A DNA stretch of 63,974 nt, counting the filler. It is 8 parts of 8 records of this genome, joined end to end, with 100 filler letters (N's around TTAATTAATTAA, not from the genome) between each part and the next. Parts side by side here need not be neighbours in the genome. Positions count along the whole stretch, not along the records: positions 40,017 to 47,830 come from SRR31147125_77667; positions 47,931 to 58,874 come from SRR31147125_77742; 6 more parts are not named here. One strand, 5' to 3'. Below, piece after piece: positions 45,360 through 55,396 of this stretch. Each line of letters opens with the position of its first letter. Positions within the stretch are counted from its first letter, which is position 1. A program made the position numbers and the translations under genes. The notes below the pieces were generated by a model, which was not told the DNA's origin, did no database searches, and was given only the letters and a program-made list of their open reading frames with translations.

Positions 45360-45525
45360 TGTTTTTCTCCCTGATTCGGGACCGCCATTTGATGACCGGG
45401 GTCAGATTGACGGGTCGGTGATAGATTTTAAACCCGTCCCTTAAAGCGTTAGTACACGGATGGACGACTTATTTATGACCGACCCCTAAACTCTGTCCCT
45501 AAACTATAGAGACGGATCCCGATGG

Positions 45526-46762
45526 TTATCTTCTTTTGTTTTTCTTCCTTGATATTCGTTTTGCTTTTTTGGCTCTTGATTTTCTTCTATCAGGTGGTGC
45601 CATCTTGACCAGCTTGGGGTCGAATCTGGCAACAATGGAAATCAGATCCTTTTGCTGGGCCATGACATCTTCGATGTTTTTGTATGCCATGGGCACCTCA
45701 TCAATACCTGCTGAAATTAGTGTTATTCCCTTTTCCATGAGCAGCATCTCCAGATCCCGCCACTCAAATCGGCGGATGGCCGCATTGCGGCTCATTTTTC
45801 TGCCGGCGCCATGGGCAGCGGAGTTGAGGGCAAGCTCGTTCCCCAATCCTCTGACCACAAATGCCGGGGATGCCATGGATCCCGGAATAATACCGACGAC
45901 TCCATTTTCAGCAGGGGTTGCACCTTTCCGGTGAACTATCACCTCCCTGGGCCCACACTGCGTTTTCCATGCAAAGTTGTGATGGTTTTCAATGGTTAAA
46001 AGGGACTCTGCTCCCAGTGATCCCAACACACTTTGGTGGATAATCTCATGATTGGCAGCGGAGTATCTGCCCATGAGTTCCATAGACTTCCAGTATTCAA
46101 GGCCTTCGGACGAATCCATATCCAACCACGCCAGGTGGTGCAAATGCGGGGAGCTCCGGATGGAGATTTCGAGCGAGAGAACTGTAATGTGAGGCAATCT
46201 CAGCCCCGGTTCCCCGGCTTCCGCTGTGGGTCAGAAGTGCCGGGTAGATTCCTTTTTTCAGCCCTAGATCGTCCTGATCCAAGGTCACTTTTCCGAATTC
46301 GGCAAAGTGATTTCCGGAACCGCTGGTGCCCAGCTGTTTCCACGCTTTGTCTTTGAGATTGGATATGACTGTCGAAAAATCCCATGGTTCGTCCATCACC
46401 CGGTGCTGTTTAGGCCTTGAAAAGGTTTCTCCCACACCAAACCGGGTTTCCCGCTCCAGAGCCATTTTGAATCGGCCCCGCTCTTCTTTAAAATCACTGT
46501 AAGGGACATCCAATACCGACAGGCACATGCGACAGGCAATGTCCACCCCAACGGCATAGGGGATCACCGCATTTTTGACGGCAAGCACCCCGCCAATGGG
46601 AAGGCCGTATCCTTTATGGGCATCGGGCATGAGGGCGCCGCGAACGGCAATGGGCAAGCTGCAGGCATCGTCCATCTGGGAAATGGCCTGGGGATCGAGA
46701 TTCTCTCCCCACATTTCATATGGCGCGTTTTTTTCTGCCTTCAAATTTGCGCATTTTGGCAA
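45526..46762 (-). CDS. rtcB: RtcB family RNA 3'-phosphate/5'-OH ligase; frameshift near 46150
   Basis: MPDAHKGYGLPIG, VGVDIAC, GSGNHF, THSGSRG, NHHNFA, HRKGAT and HGAGR motifs. Confidence 0.93.
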
Positions 46763-47323
46763 TCCCTCATTGAATGAAGTGATTTTAGTTAATAAATAAA
46801 ATTTTTATAACGGAAAGAACGAACAAAAATTGACCTTAACATACTTTTTTGGATTATAAAAAAGATAAAAACTTCTGTAAAGGGATAACTATACTATCCA
46901 ACTTTGTTTTTTCATAAAAGCGAGAGTTTACGCTTATTTATTTTTTTAACCCTGTAATTCGTCAAGTTCAGCAAAATCTATTCTCCGGAAAAACCAAAGT
47001 TAAAACCAAAGTTGATTGACGATAATGTGTTTCTTTGTTTGTCCATTTTATTTTATTCTGCAATAGAAAGGCCAGAGTGATAGTCAATGAAAAAATAGTT
47101 GAATCGACAACGGTGAGCCTTTTGTAAGAAGCTGATATTAAAATAAAATTACCCATGAGGATGTGGATTGGTTTCCGGAGTTGAGAGATAATTTTTTTCG
47201 TATAGTTGTACACTCGGGAAATAATGACCCACCCGACGCGATTTTTGAGTCAAATCGATACAACCAATGGTGAATATGGAATTGGATGGGATAGATTTGC
47301 TAAGCCTACTTATATCTCCCTGG

Positions 47324-47830
47324 TTAGAGCTGAGTCATATGGATGTGGTATTCTTTTTGATCTTTTTCTTCCATCACTTCTGAAAATTGAACATTTCGAA
47401 AGTCGTCATCCAGGGTAATGGATGCATACTGACTGGAAATAATCGTGCCTTGGCCAATGCGTCCGGAAACGGTGACTTCCGGCATGGCGGGTCGTCCTTC
47501 AGCCCATTGAAAAAAGCGTTTTCGGTCAAGTTCCAGAAAAAAGGTCGCCTCCCGAACCCGGAGGGAGAGAGGTTTGATACTGCCTTTCATTTTTTCGATG
47601 TGGTTATCTAATTGCTTTTTCTGATGATTGTATTTACGTAAAGAGGCAATGGCCGAGTCCATTCTCTCTTTGAGTCCTTCAATTAAATTGAGGGTCTTTT
47701 CACGGGACTCAACGCCTTCCGGAAGGGAGCCGTTTTCAATTTGCTTGTTGATTTGTCCGGCTTTTTTTTGCGCCCGATCGTGCAGTCGTTTCAGATCCAC
47801 CATTTTGTTGAAAAGTTTTTTACTTTTTTT
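47324..47830 (-). CDS. C-terminal fragment, probably FapA/DUF342 family
   Basis: Coiled coil followed by VTVSGRIGQGTII...FRNVQF; truncated by the spacer. Confidence 0.5.
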   Translation of the reverse strand, partial: KKSKKLFNKMVDLKRLHDRAQKKAGQINKQIENGSLPEGVESREKTLNLIEGLKERMDSAIASLRKYNHQKKQLDNHIEKMKGSIKPLSLRVREATFFLELDRKRFFQWAEGRPAMPEVTVSGRIGQGTIISSQYASITLDDDFRNVQFSEVMEEKDQKEYHIHMTQL

Positions 47831-47930
47831 NNNNNNNNNNNNNNNNNNNNNNNNNNNNNNNNNNNNNNNNNNNNTTAATTAATTAANNNNNNNNNNNNNN
47901 NNNNNNNNNNNNNNNNNNNNNNNNNNNNNN
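47831..47930. other. Artificial contig spacer 6
   Basis: Same linker. Confidence 0.98.
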
Positions 47931-47932
47931 GC

Positions 47933-48016
47933 CGCTCTGTCCATCAGCACGAAGACAAACGGGCTTATCGCGACATTTTCAAGCGCTTGAGAGAAGCGTT
48001 GGAGGACAGAGGCTAA
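47933..48016 (+). CDS. C-terminal fragment, possibly YjgA/DarP (DUF615)
   Basis: Manual translation RSVHQHEDKRAYRDIFKRLREALEDRG*. Confidence 0.3.
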   Translation, partial: RSVHQHEDKRAYRDIFKRLREALEDRG

Positions 48017-48072
48017 CATCAGGCTGTGGTGGGATTGTTGCTCAATAAGTTATTTTCGGTGTTTTAAATCAT

Positions 48073-48108
48073 AAAAAGCCCGGCAGTGAAAACTGGCCAG
48101 GCTTTTTT
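48073..48108. terminator. Bidirectional intrinsic terminator
   Basis: AAAAAGCC...GGCTTTTT between convergent genes. Confidence 0.75.
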
Positions 48109-48127
48109 ACGTGAACGTCAGGAAGCT

Positions 48128-48472
48128 TCAACCGATCAGGTCAAGAGCTGAATCTTCCATCTCTGCAGCTGTTTGAAGAGCTTTCAGATTGGCTTTATAG
48201 GCATGCTTGGTTGGGATCATGCTGGTCACTTCGTCAACCAGATCGACATTGGACATCTCCTCGACACTGCCATCCGGTTGGTTGATCATGGTTCCGGGGG
48301 TGTTCACAACCTGATTTTTGGTTGTCACCGCACCATTGGTGCCCTCTTCAAGGATGGTTTGAGACTTCTTGAATCCCTTCGACTCGCTGTTGGCGATGTT
48401 ATTGGCCGTTGTCGCCTGTTTTTTTCCAAGGGCGTTCAGTGCCGAGATATTGTTGTTGATCGATAGCGACAT
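48128..48472 (-). CDS. Small flagellar basal-body rod/hook-like protein (N- and C-terminal motifs only)
   Basis: ANNIANSESKGFK and SNVDLVDEV...YKANLK motifs. Confidence 0.8.
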   Translation of the reverse strand: MSLSINNNISALNALGKKQATTANNIANSESKGFKKSQTILEEGTNGAVTTKNQVVNTPGTMINQPDGSVEEMSNVDLVDEVTSMIPTKHAYKANLKALQTAAEMEDSALDLIG

Positions 48473-48630
48473 GGGAGAGCCTCCTCTATGTTTGTATTAT
48501 GCCACCGTTCCCGCCGGATTTGTGAAAACTAACATTAAAGTTATAACCTGCTATTTTATCATTTGAAATGATGCTTGTGCGAGAATCTGACGCGCTGTGA
48601 TTTTGAGCCTCTTTCACTTTAGCAGAAGCC

Positions 48631-49293
48631 TTAACTCTCCATTTGACTCGCTTCTTTCTTTCTCAAATAATATGCCAGCCAAACCCCTGATACCATAAAC
48701 AAGAAAGAGAGTATCAGGATCAATAGACGGTTGTTGATTCCTGCCGCTGCCGCTCCGCCGAGCAGAACAAAGCCGATCAGGGACGGTAGAATCCCAATTG
48801 TTGTGCCAATTGCGTAATCGCGCTGGCGCATAGCGGTCAACCCGCAGCCGAAATTGACAGCGTCGAAGGGGAGCATGAGCAGACGCATGGTTATGACGGC
48901 AACAAGGGCGTTGTCCTGCAACTTTCTATCCCAGCGTTTGATGATATCGCTCGAATGCTTCTCCACGCTGCTGCGTCCAAACCAACGGCTCACGAGGAAG
49001 GCCAGATTGGCGCTGGCATTTTCTCCGATGATGGTGAAAAGAGTCCCGAGCCAGGGGCCGAAAATCAAACCAGATGCAACAGTGAGCAGTGTGGCTGGAA
49101 ACAGGGTCAAGGGGCGGATGGCATAGATAAAAATGTAAACACCTGCTGCCTGCAAGAGACCGAATTCGAGCAGAGTTCGACTAAGCAAATGGGGGATTTC
49201 GTTTAAGGGAAGCTGGGAGTACCACCAGGACAAGAGTAGAGAGAGCAACAGAACGAGCCACAGTGTTGCCAGCGTTAATTTGAGGTACTTCAT
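48631..49293 (-). CDS. TVP38/TMEM64 (DedA/VTT) family membrane protein
   Basis: FPATLLTVASGLIFG and MRLLMLPFDAVNFGCG motifs. Confidence 0.9.
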   Translation of the reverse strand: MKYLKLTLATLWLVLLLSLLLSWWYSQLPLNEIPHLLSRTLLEFGLLQAAGVYIFIYAIRPLTLFPATLLTVASGLIFGPWLGTLFTIIGENASANLAFLVSRWFGRSSVEKHSSDIIKRWDRKLQDNALVAVITMRLLMLPFDAVNFGCGLTAMRQRDYAIGTTIGILPSLIGFVLLGGAAAAGINNRLLILILSFLFMVSGVWLAYYLRKKEASQMES

Positions 49294-49359
49294 TGGCCCC
49301 TCTTTGTCCTGAACGGCAGTGTTCTTCCTGGACGGACTTGAACGTAATCGTCACGCAAT

Positions 49360-50598
49360 TTATTTAACCGTCTTTTTTTCGTCGCGTAAGCAAGTCACAA
49401 TTCGGGCTTCACTCTCCAAGGTTTTGTGAACGGGACATTTGTCGGCGATTTCAAGCAATTTCTGGCGTTGTTCCAGGGTCAGGTCGCCGATTAATTCCAA
49501 CTCTCGTTCAAATTGATCGATTTTATGACCGGGATTTTCACAATCCCGGCAGTCTTGAGCATGGATTTTTGCGTAACGCAGTCGAACAACAGCATCGTCG
49601 AGGGGCCATTTTTTGCGTTGCGCGTACATTTGCAGAGTCATGGACGTGCAGGCTCCCAAGGCTGCCTGGAGATAGTCGTAGGGAGACGGTCCTCTGTCTG
49701 TCCCGCCATAGAATTCGGGTTCGTCGGCAGGAAGGTTGTGGCCGTTGACGAACATGTCGCTATAAAATCCACCTGCCTGAGTACGCACAGTCACGCGATT
49801 ATCGATGTCTTGCGGTATTGAAGACGGTTCCTCTTGAGTGTCAAGGTAACGTTTGGCCCAAGTGGCGATCATGTCTGCAGCATAATGAGAGTCTTCTTTA
49901 TTGCTCAGCAGATGATCGGCCTGATCGAGGGAGACAAAATTCTTCGGGTGTTTGGCCGCCTTATAGATTTCGGCGGCATTGTCGATGCTGACGACCTTGT
50001 CCAACGGCGAGTGCATAACCATCAGTGCTGCTGAAAGATTATCAATTGCCGAGGTCGGGTTCTGTCTGTGGAGGTCATCGATAAAAGCTTTGCGAATAAT
50101 AAAGGACTTTCCTCCAATACTCACTTTCGCTTCGCCGGCGGCAGCTATTTTGTCGCTTTCAGCGGCAAAGAGATGGCGAGCATGATCGGGATGAAAGGGG
50201 GCCCCTATCGTTGCCACAGCACGAACAGAGTTAACTCGCCCGGCAGCGTGAAGGACAGCAGCGCCGCCTAGTGAATGGCCGATGAGAATCTGCGGAGCTT
50301 GGTGATTCTCAGCCAGAAAACGGCTTGCGGCGGCGATATCCTCAATATTGTGCGAAAAGCTGGTGGCAGCAAATTCTCCACCGCTGTTGCCCAAACCGGT
50401 GAAGTCGAAACGCATGACCGCAATACGTTTATTGCTCAGAGCCCTGCTGATGTTGACCGCTGCGGCAATATTTTTGGTGCAGGTGAAACAGTGGGCAAAC
50501 AGGGCAAAACCGAGAGGTGTTTCTTCCTCAGGCCACTCGATTACCGCCGCAAGATCGTCTCCGGCATGGTTCTTAAAGCTGGTTTTTTCTGATTTCAT
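49360..50598 (-). CDS. Bifunctional alpha/beta hydrolase - OsmC family protein
   Basis: FAHCFTC and GHSLGG; C-terminal ALGACT...CPVH OsmC cysteines. Confidence 0.93.
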   Translation of the reverse strand: MKSEKTSFKNHAGDDLAAVIEWPEEETPLGFALFAHCFTCTKNIAAAVNISRALSNKRIAVMRFDFTGLGNSGGEFAATSFSHNIEDIAAASRFLAENHQAPQILIGHSLGGAAVLHAAGRVNSVRAVATIGAPFHPDHARHLFAAESDKIAAAGEAKVSIGGKSFIIRKAFIDDLHRQNPTSAIDNLSAALMVMHSPLDKVVSIDNAAEIYKAAKHPKNFVSLDQADHLLSNKEDSHYAADMIATWAKRYLDTQEEPSSIPQDIDNRVTVRTQAGGFYSDMFVNGHNLPADEPEFYGGTDRGPSPYDYLQAALGACTSMTLQMYAQRKKWPLDDAVVRLRYAKIHAQDCRDCENPGHKIDQFERELELIGDLTLEQRQKLLEIADKCPVHKTLESEARIVTCLRDEKKTVK

Positions 50599-50718
50599 CG
50601 GCCCTCACTCGGTTTTGGCAGAAGAACCCGTTTCCGTTTCAGTCAATCATATCGTTCCTGATAACAAGCTGTCTACAGTGAGAGAAGGAGCTTGAGGCAT
50701 GTTTAACGGTAAAAAAGA

Positions 50719-50756
50719 AACAACACCCCGATCCATATCTGGACCGGGGTGTTGTT
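50719..50756 (-). terminator. Intrinsic terminator of the phosphoesterase gene
   Basis: AACAACACCCCG / CGGGGTGTTGTT stem, followed by a U-tract on the minus strand. Confidence 0.8.
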
Positions 50757-50780
50757 GTGAGTTGAATGTTGTCGGCCTGG

Positions 50781-52304
50781 TTAAAACTGCCCGTGACTTT
50801 TGTTTTGTTTCTTATGGCATTTGCCAGGTTTCTTAATCGTGTAGGTGTCGAAAATATCCATGGTGTCGGTTACGAAGGTCGTTACTTTAAAATGTTCGTG
50901 ATCGACTTCGATGTAGGAAAACATAGGAACTTCCGGTTGCCCGTAGACAGCAACATGCTTGAATTTATCGCTGCCTGTATCAATGTCCGAATCAAGAGAA
51001 TAATATTTGCTGCCGCTAGAAGAGTTGGCGGTGAAATAGACAACACCCGTCGGGTTAACGGACTCGCCCTGTGTGTTAAAGGTTTCTTCCTGGACTTCGT
51101 CGCCGAGCATCGGGTAGGTGCGGCAGTAGGTGTGGTCATGACCCATCAGGACGACATCGACGCCCATGTCTTCCATGATTGTTGTCATTTCAGTGCGATC
51201 AATAAACGCATTTCGCGATGCGGCGGTATAAATTGTGTAATGCCACATGGCAACTTTCCATCTGACGTTCGGATTGGCGGCAACGGCGTCCTCCATGAAG
51301 GCACGATGTGCTTCGTAATCGGTTGAATCCATATTCAGGGCCATGTACAGGACATTTCCGTACGTGTAGTAGTAGTCACCGGAAAGTTCGATATCGACGT
51401 ATTCGGAGGTGCAATCATCACTGTCGCTGTCACTGCTGGTCATTCCCGGAGGGGCACCGCCAGGGCCACCCCCGGTGTTGCAGTTGTTGAAATCGACTGA
51501 TGTGACGGTTCTCTCCCCTTCGTTCGGGAGGTTAAAGTGGTAAATGTACCCTTCCGAGTAATTGCCTCTCATCGACTGATCATGATTTGCCGAAACCGGT
51601 GCGACCGGGAAGGGGTGTTGATTCTGGAACGGCGCAAAAAAACCGTTCCATTCGTTTTCGTCGCCGGGTGTTTCGATTTGATCTCCAGCCGACATGATAA
51701 ACGCTGCCTGCGGAAAGTTTTCGTAAATCAAGTCAATGGTATTGGTCCAGCCTTCGATATCGGTATCGGCGATACCATCATCATCATTGTCATCACCTTT
51801 TCCGGCACCGATTTGTGCATCGGCAAGATAAATAAAGCCGTATTTGTTCTTATTTTCTGTCGAGTATTTATAAATGTCACTCCAGTAGCCGTAATTATCA
51901 CCAAAGCGATAAACGTATTTGGACTGATTCTTCAACCCGGTTGCAGTGACTTTACAATAGTAGTAATCGACGACACCATCAGCTGATTGAGCATTATTCG
52001 CTGTGAACATGCTTGATTGGTGTTTATCTTTGCGGTGCATTGGAGTCTTGAAACCGAAGAATTTTTTTGCATGTTTGAATTTTGAATGTTCGGGTGCAAT
52101 TTGAACTACGCACTCCCCAGTACCGATGTCGTCAGTAATCCAGGAAAAATTCAATTCGCTTGCGTCGCTCCCTGGGGTCAGGGAAACGTCTTGCGCTACG
52201 TAACTCTCTGAGACGTCCTCCGCCATTGCCGATAATGGTAACAGCAGGGACAATGCCATTAAGATGCAGCTCAATCGTTTGAACCGCCATTTCCGGGTTT
52301 TCAT
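50781..52304 (-). CDS. Secreted metallophosphoesterase (purple acid phosphatase-like, with N-terminal FN3-like domain)
   Basis: Signal peptide; LADAQ, SAGDQ, ANHD, MWHY and MGHDH motifs; GGAGG SD. Confidence 0.88.
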   Translation of the reverse strand: MKTRKWRFKRLSCILMALSLLLPLSAMAEDVSESYVAQDVSLTPGSDASELNFSWITDDIGTGECVVQIAPEHSKFKHAKKFFGFKTPMHRKDKHQSSMFTANNAQSADGVVDYYYCKVTATGLKNQSKYVYRFGDNYGYWSDIYKYSTENKNKYGFIYLADAQIGAGKGDDNDDDGIADTDIEGWTNTIDLIYENFPQAAFIMSAGDQIETPGDENEWNGFFAPFQNQHPFPVAPVSANHDQSMRGNYSEGYIYHFNLPNEGERTVTSVDFNNCNTGGGPGGAPPGMTSSDSDSDDCTSEYVDIELSGDYYYTYGNVLYMALNMDSTDYEAHRAFMEDAVAANPNVRWKVAMWHYTIYTAASRNAFIDRTEMTTIMEDMGVDVVLMGHDHTYCRTYPMLGDEVQEETFNTQGESVNPTGVVYFTANSSSGSKYYSLDSDIDTGSDKFKHVAVYGQPEVPMFSYIEVDHEHFKVTTFVTDTMDIFDTYTIKKPGKCHKKQNKSHGQF

Positions 52305-52748
52305 GTTTTCCTCCACTTAGAATGGTTAATGGGTTTGTTGAGTAACTTGCTTGGTGTGGCAGGTGAGATAGTCGAGAGATTCTGTTAGGGAAGGATGAGT
52401 TCGTTCGTCTTGTTACGTATTGTTACATTAAGGAGCACTATATTTGTACTTGAAGGAGGTGACTTCCCAGCTGAAAAAAGCTGTTTTGGGGATGGGACTT
52501 GCCGTGGTTGCGAAAGACGTTAAAGTTCGCTGGATCGCTGTGAAAGGCAGTAAAGGAAGCGGCCGGTTTGATTTCCGGAACCGTGGATAAAACGCAAAAC
52601 GGTATCAATATTGTCTGCCAGACAACAGAATTGACCACGTATTTGGAGAGGACACGCGCCAAATCGATGAGCAGGGCTGGGTAAAAGCTTGGAAAACAGA
52701 CTCGAATCAATGTTTTTTATCCGGGACTGTTTTCCAATTTTTGTCCAT

Positions 52749-53690
52749 CTACTTTTCCGACTTTGATTGGTAAAAGGTTCCGCGCTGTTGTCTGCTGATC
52801 CCAATTTTCCCTTCAGCTTCTAAAACATCCAGATATTTGTTGATTTCGCTGCGGTGCAGACCGAGGATTTGCTCGATATCCTCCAGGGTGCAAGGTCTGC
52901 GGGAGATGGTTTCGAGGATTGTCGCTTCGGCGTCGTCACGGTAGGCTTTGATATGTTTGCGCTGTGGCGGTGCGGCGATGATGGTGACGTTGTCAAACCC
53001 GAGCAGGTCTGCAACTCGATTCAGTTCTGATCGACTTGCTCCATGCAGGCCGGCGACCGTTCCGGGGCGGTCGAGGGTGTTGAGCTGGATCGAAACCGGT
53101 TTGATCTGCTCGATGACTGTTTTCATTGCCAGGATTTCTTCTTCGCTGTCGTTGTAGTCGGGAAGGATAAAGACTTCGAGCCAGATGGTTCCGCTGAACT
53201 CGCGGCAGAAATCGATCAGCCCCTGAATATGCTTGTCGACCGTCAGCCCGGATGCCGGGCGGTTGATTTTTGTGAATGTCTCTTCGCTGACGGCGTCCAG
53301 CGAGGGTAGAATCAGATCTGCCTGCATCAGTTCGGAGCGGACCTGTGGATCGTACATCAAGTTGGCATTGGTCAGCACCGCGACCGGGATCTGTGGTTTT
53401 TCTTTCTTAATGAAAGCGATGACATCCCCGATACGGCTGTTCAGAGTCGGTTCCCCGGAACCGGAGAAGGTGAAATAATCCGGATCGGGGTTGTTTCCGA
53501 AGTAGTCGAACAGTTCGGCGGTGAGCTTGTCGAAGGGGATGTATTCCTTGCGCTCAAGAGTCAGTTTTGTTGACGGTCCGACTTCACAGTAAACGCAATC
53601 GAGAGAACAGACCTTGACCGGGACCAGATCCACACCGAGAGACATGCCGAGCCGCCGCGATGGCACCGGGCCGAAGAGATATTTGTACAT
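52749..53690 (-). CDS. Radical SAM protein (COG0731-type) with C-terminal HTH
   Basis: FGPVPSRRLGMSLGVDL, CSLDCVYC and SGSGEPTL motifs. Confidence 0.9.
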   Translation of the reverse strand: MYKYLFGPVPSRRLGMSLGVDLVPVKVCSLDCVYCEVGPSTKLTLERKEYIPFDKLTAELFDYFGNNPDPDYFTFSGSGEPTLNSRIGDVIAFIKKEKPQIPVAVLTNANLMYDPQVRSELMQADLILPSLDAVSEETFTKINRPASGLTVDKHIQGLIDFCREFSGTIWLEVFILPDYNDSEEEILAMKTVIEQIKPVSIQLNTLDRPGTVAGLHGASRSELNRVADLLGFDNVTIIAAPPQRKHIKAYRDDAEATILETISRRPCTLEDIEQILGLHRSEINKYLDVLEAEGKIGISRQQRGTFYQSKSEK

Positions 53691-53721
53691 GATAGAACCT
53701 TCGCTGTTGTTGTGCAGAGCG

Positions 53722-54918
53722 CTACTGAAGCAGTTTTTCGACCTTTTCACAGATGTGTCGTGCGATCGGCATGGCCGAAGTCGCCGCTGGTGAAGGCGCA
53801 TTCCCGACGATCAAAGCTGACTCGGTTTCGACGAAAAGGAAATCGTCCAGCGTTGAACCGTCCGGTCTGACCGCCTGTGCCCGGACTCCCGCCGGGTAGG
53901 GCAGCAGGTCGTATTCTTTGACCTGAGGACAGTAACGATTGACCAATTTCAGGTAGCCGGGGCGGTAGAGTGAGTTTTTCAGCTCGTTCAGGGTCGCCAT
54001 CGGGTACTTCATGACCAGCTTGTAAAGGCCCGGATAGCTCAGCATTTCGGCCATATCGCGCAGGCTCATTGACCAGCGAGTGTAGCCTTCGCGCGCCATA
54101 GCCAGAGTGGCGTTGGGGCCGACGGTCAGGGAGCCATCGATCATCGGTGTCAGATGGATGCCGAGAAATGGCAGCTCCGGGTTCGGGATCGGATAGATCG
54201 GGTGCGACACGATCTGGCTTTTGGCCTGCGGGAGTTGGAAATACTCACCACGGAACGGGATGATTTTAAAGCTCGGTTCCTGCCCCAGCATACGGATGAC
54301 GCGGTCGGAGTGCAGGCCGGCGCAACTGACCAGGAAGCGACCGTGAAAGCAGCCCTGAGTCGTATTCACCTCAATGCCGCACTCTTCCCGAAGGCTGGTG
54401 ACACGGCAGTTGGTGATGATCTGCCCACCTGCTTCAGAGACCTGCTCGGCCAGCTTTTTCGAGACCTCAACAAAGTCGACGATGCCGGTTGACGGAACCC
54501 AGGTTGCAGCAACACCAACGACATTCGGTTCCTTTTCGCGTAGCTGCTGCTGGTCAAGCTCATAGGTTTCGATTTCGTTGATACGGCAGCGTTCCAGCAG
54601 GTCCTGCATCCGTTCGGCATCATTTTCGTCGGTCGCGACCAGCAGTTTGCCTGTTTCTTTAAAGGGAATGCCATGTTCTCGGCAGAACTCTTTGGTTTCA
54701 ATATTCCCGGCCCGGCAGAATTGAGCCTTCAGGCTGCCAGGCGCATAATAGACACCGGCGTGAATGATGCCGCTGTTGTGTCCGGTCTGATGGCTGGCGA
54801 GCTTCAGCTCTTTTTCGATGACCAGAACGCTGGCGTTGTTAAATTGCTGCTGCAGCTGACGGGCTGTGGCCAGGCCGACAATTCCCCCTCCGATGACGAT
54901 AAAATCATAGTTTTTCAT
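53722..54918 (-). CDS. lhgO: L-2-hydroxyglutarate oxidase
   Basis: GGGIVG, HQTGHNSGIIHAG, PFRGEY, PFLGIH, GVRAQA and NAPSPAATS motifs. Confidence 0.93.
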   Translation of the reverse strand: MKNYDFIVIGGGIVGLATARQLQQQFNNASVLVIEKELKLASHQTGHNSGIIHAGVYYAPGSLKAQFCRAGNIETKEFCREHGIPFKETGKLLVATDENDAERMQDLLERCRINEIETYELDQQQLREKEPNVVGVAATWVPSTGIVDFVEVSKKLAEQVSEAGGQIITNCRVTSLREECGIEVNTTQGCFHGRFLVSCAGLHSDRVIRMLGQEPSFKIIPFRGEYFQLPQAKSQIVSHPIYPIPNPELPFLGIHLTPMIDGSLTVGPNATLAMAREGYTRWSMSLRDMAEMLSYPGLYKLVMKYPMATLNELKNSLYRPGYLKLVNRYCPQVKEYDLLPYPAGVRAQAVRPDGSTLDDFLFVETESALIVGNAPSPAATSAMPIARHICEKVEKLLQ

Positions 54919-55393
54919 GGGTTGTCCTGTTCAAAGGCCAGCTGTCGAGCCAGCCGAGTTCGAGGAGACCGAAGAGCCCCACAAGAATCGCTTCGGCCGT
55001 GTCATGTCGTAAGTGAGTCGGTTTTTTTCCACCAAGGGCACTGATGACCTGATGTGCCAGGTCTCCTGCTTCTTTTTTGGCCCGGTTGCCGCTCGGATAC
55101 TGTCGTGGAACGAGCAGGCGTTTGCGCCACTGTTCAGCCTGGACCTGCCTTGCCGTGATGCTTAGTTTTTCCGCATCACGGAGCCACAGGTCTGCCAGAG
55201 GCCCGCCCCCTTCCAGATAAATATGCGTCGGACGCGGGGTGTCGCGCAACAGCTTGGCAATAATTTTTTTCAGTTTCTGCGGATTGGCGAGGTGGTGGGA
55301 TCGGTACCAGAGCAGTTGACCGCCCTGGCTAAAAAATGCCAGCCCTGTATGCAGGCCAACATCGACAGCAAGCAGATAGTCGCCCGAAGTCAT
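54905..55393 (-). CDS. Hypothetical protein, RuvC-like (RNase H fold)
   Basis: LLAVDVGLHTGLA, IYLEGG, AEQWRK and HDTAEAIL match the RuvC motif order. Confidence 0.6.
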   Translation of the reverse strand: MTSGDYLLAVDVGLHTGLAFFSQGGQLLWYRSHHLANPQKLKKIIAKLLRDTPRPTHIYLEGGGPLADLWLRDAEKLSITARQVQAEQWRKRLLVPRQYPSGNRAKKEAGDLAHQVISALGGKKPTHLRHDTAEAILVGLFGLLELGWLDSWPLNRTTHEKL

Positions 55394-55396
55394 CGG

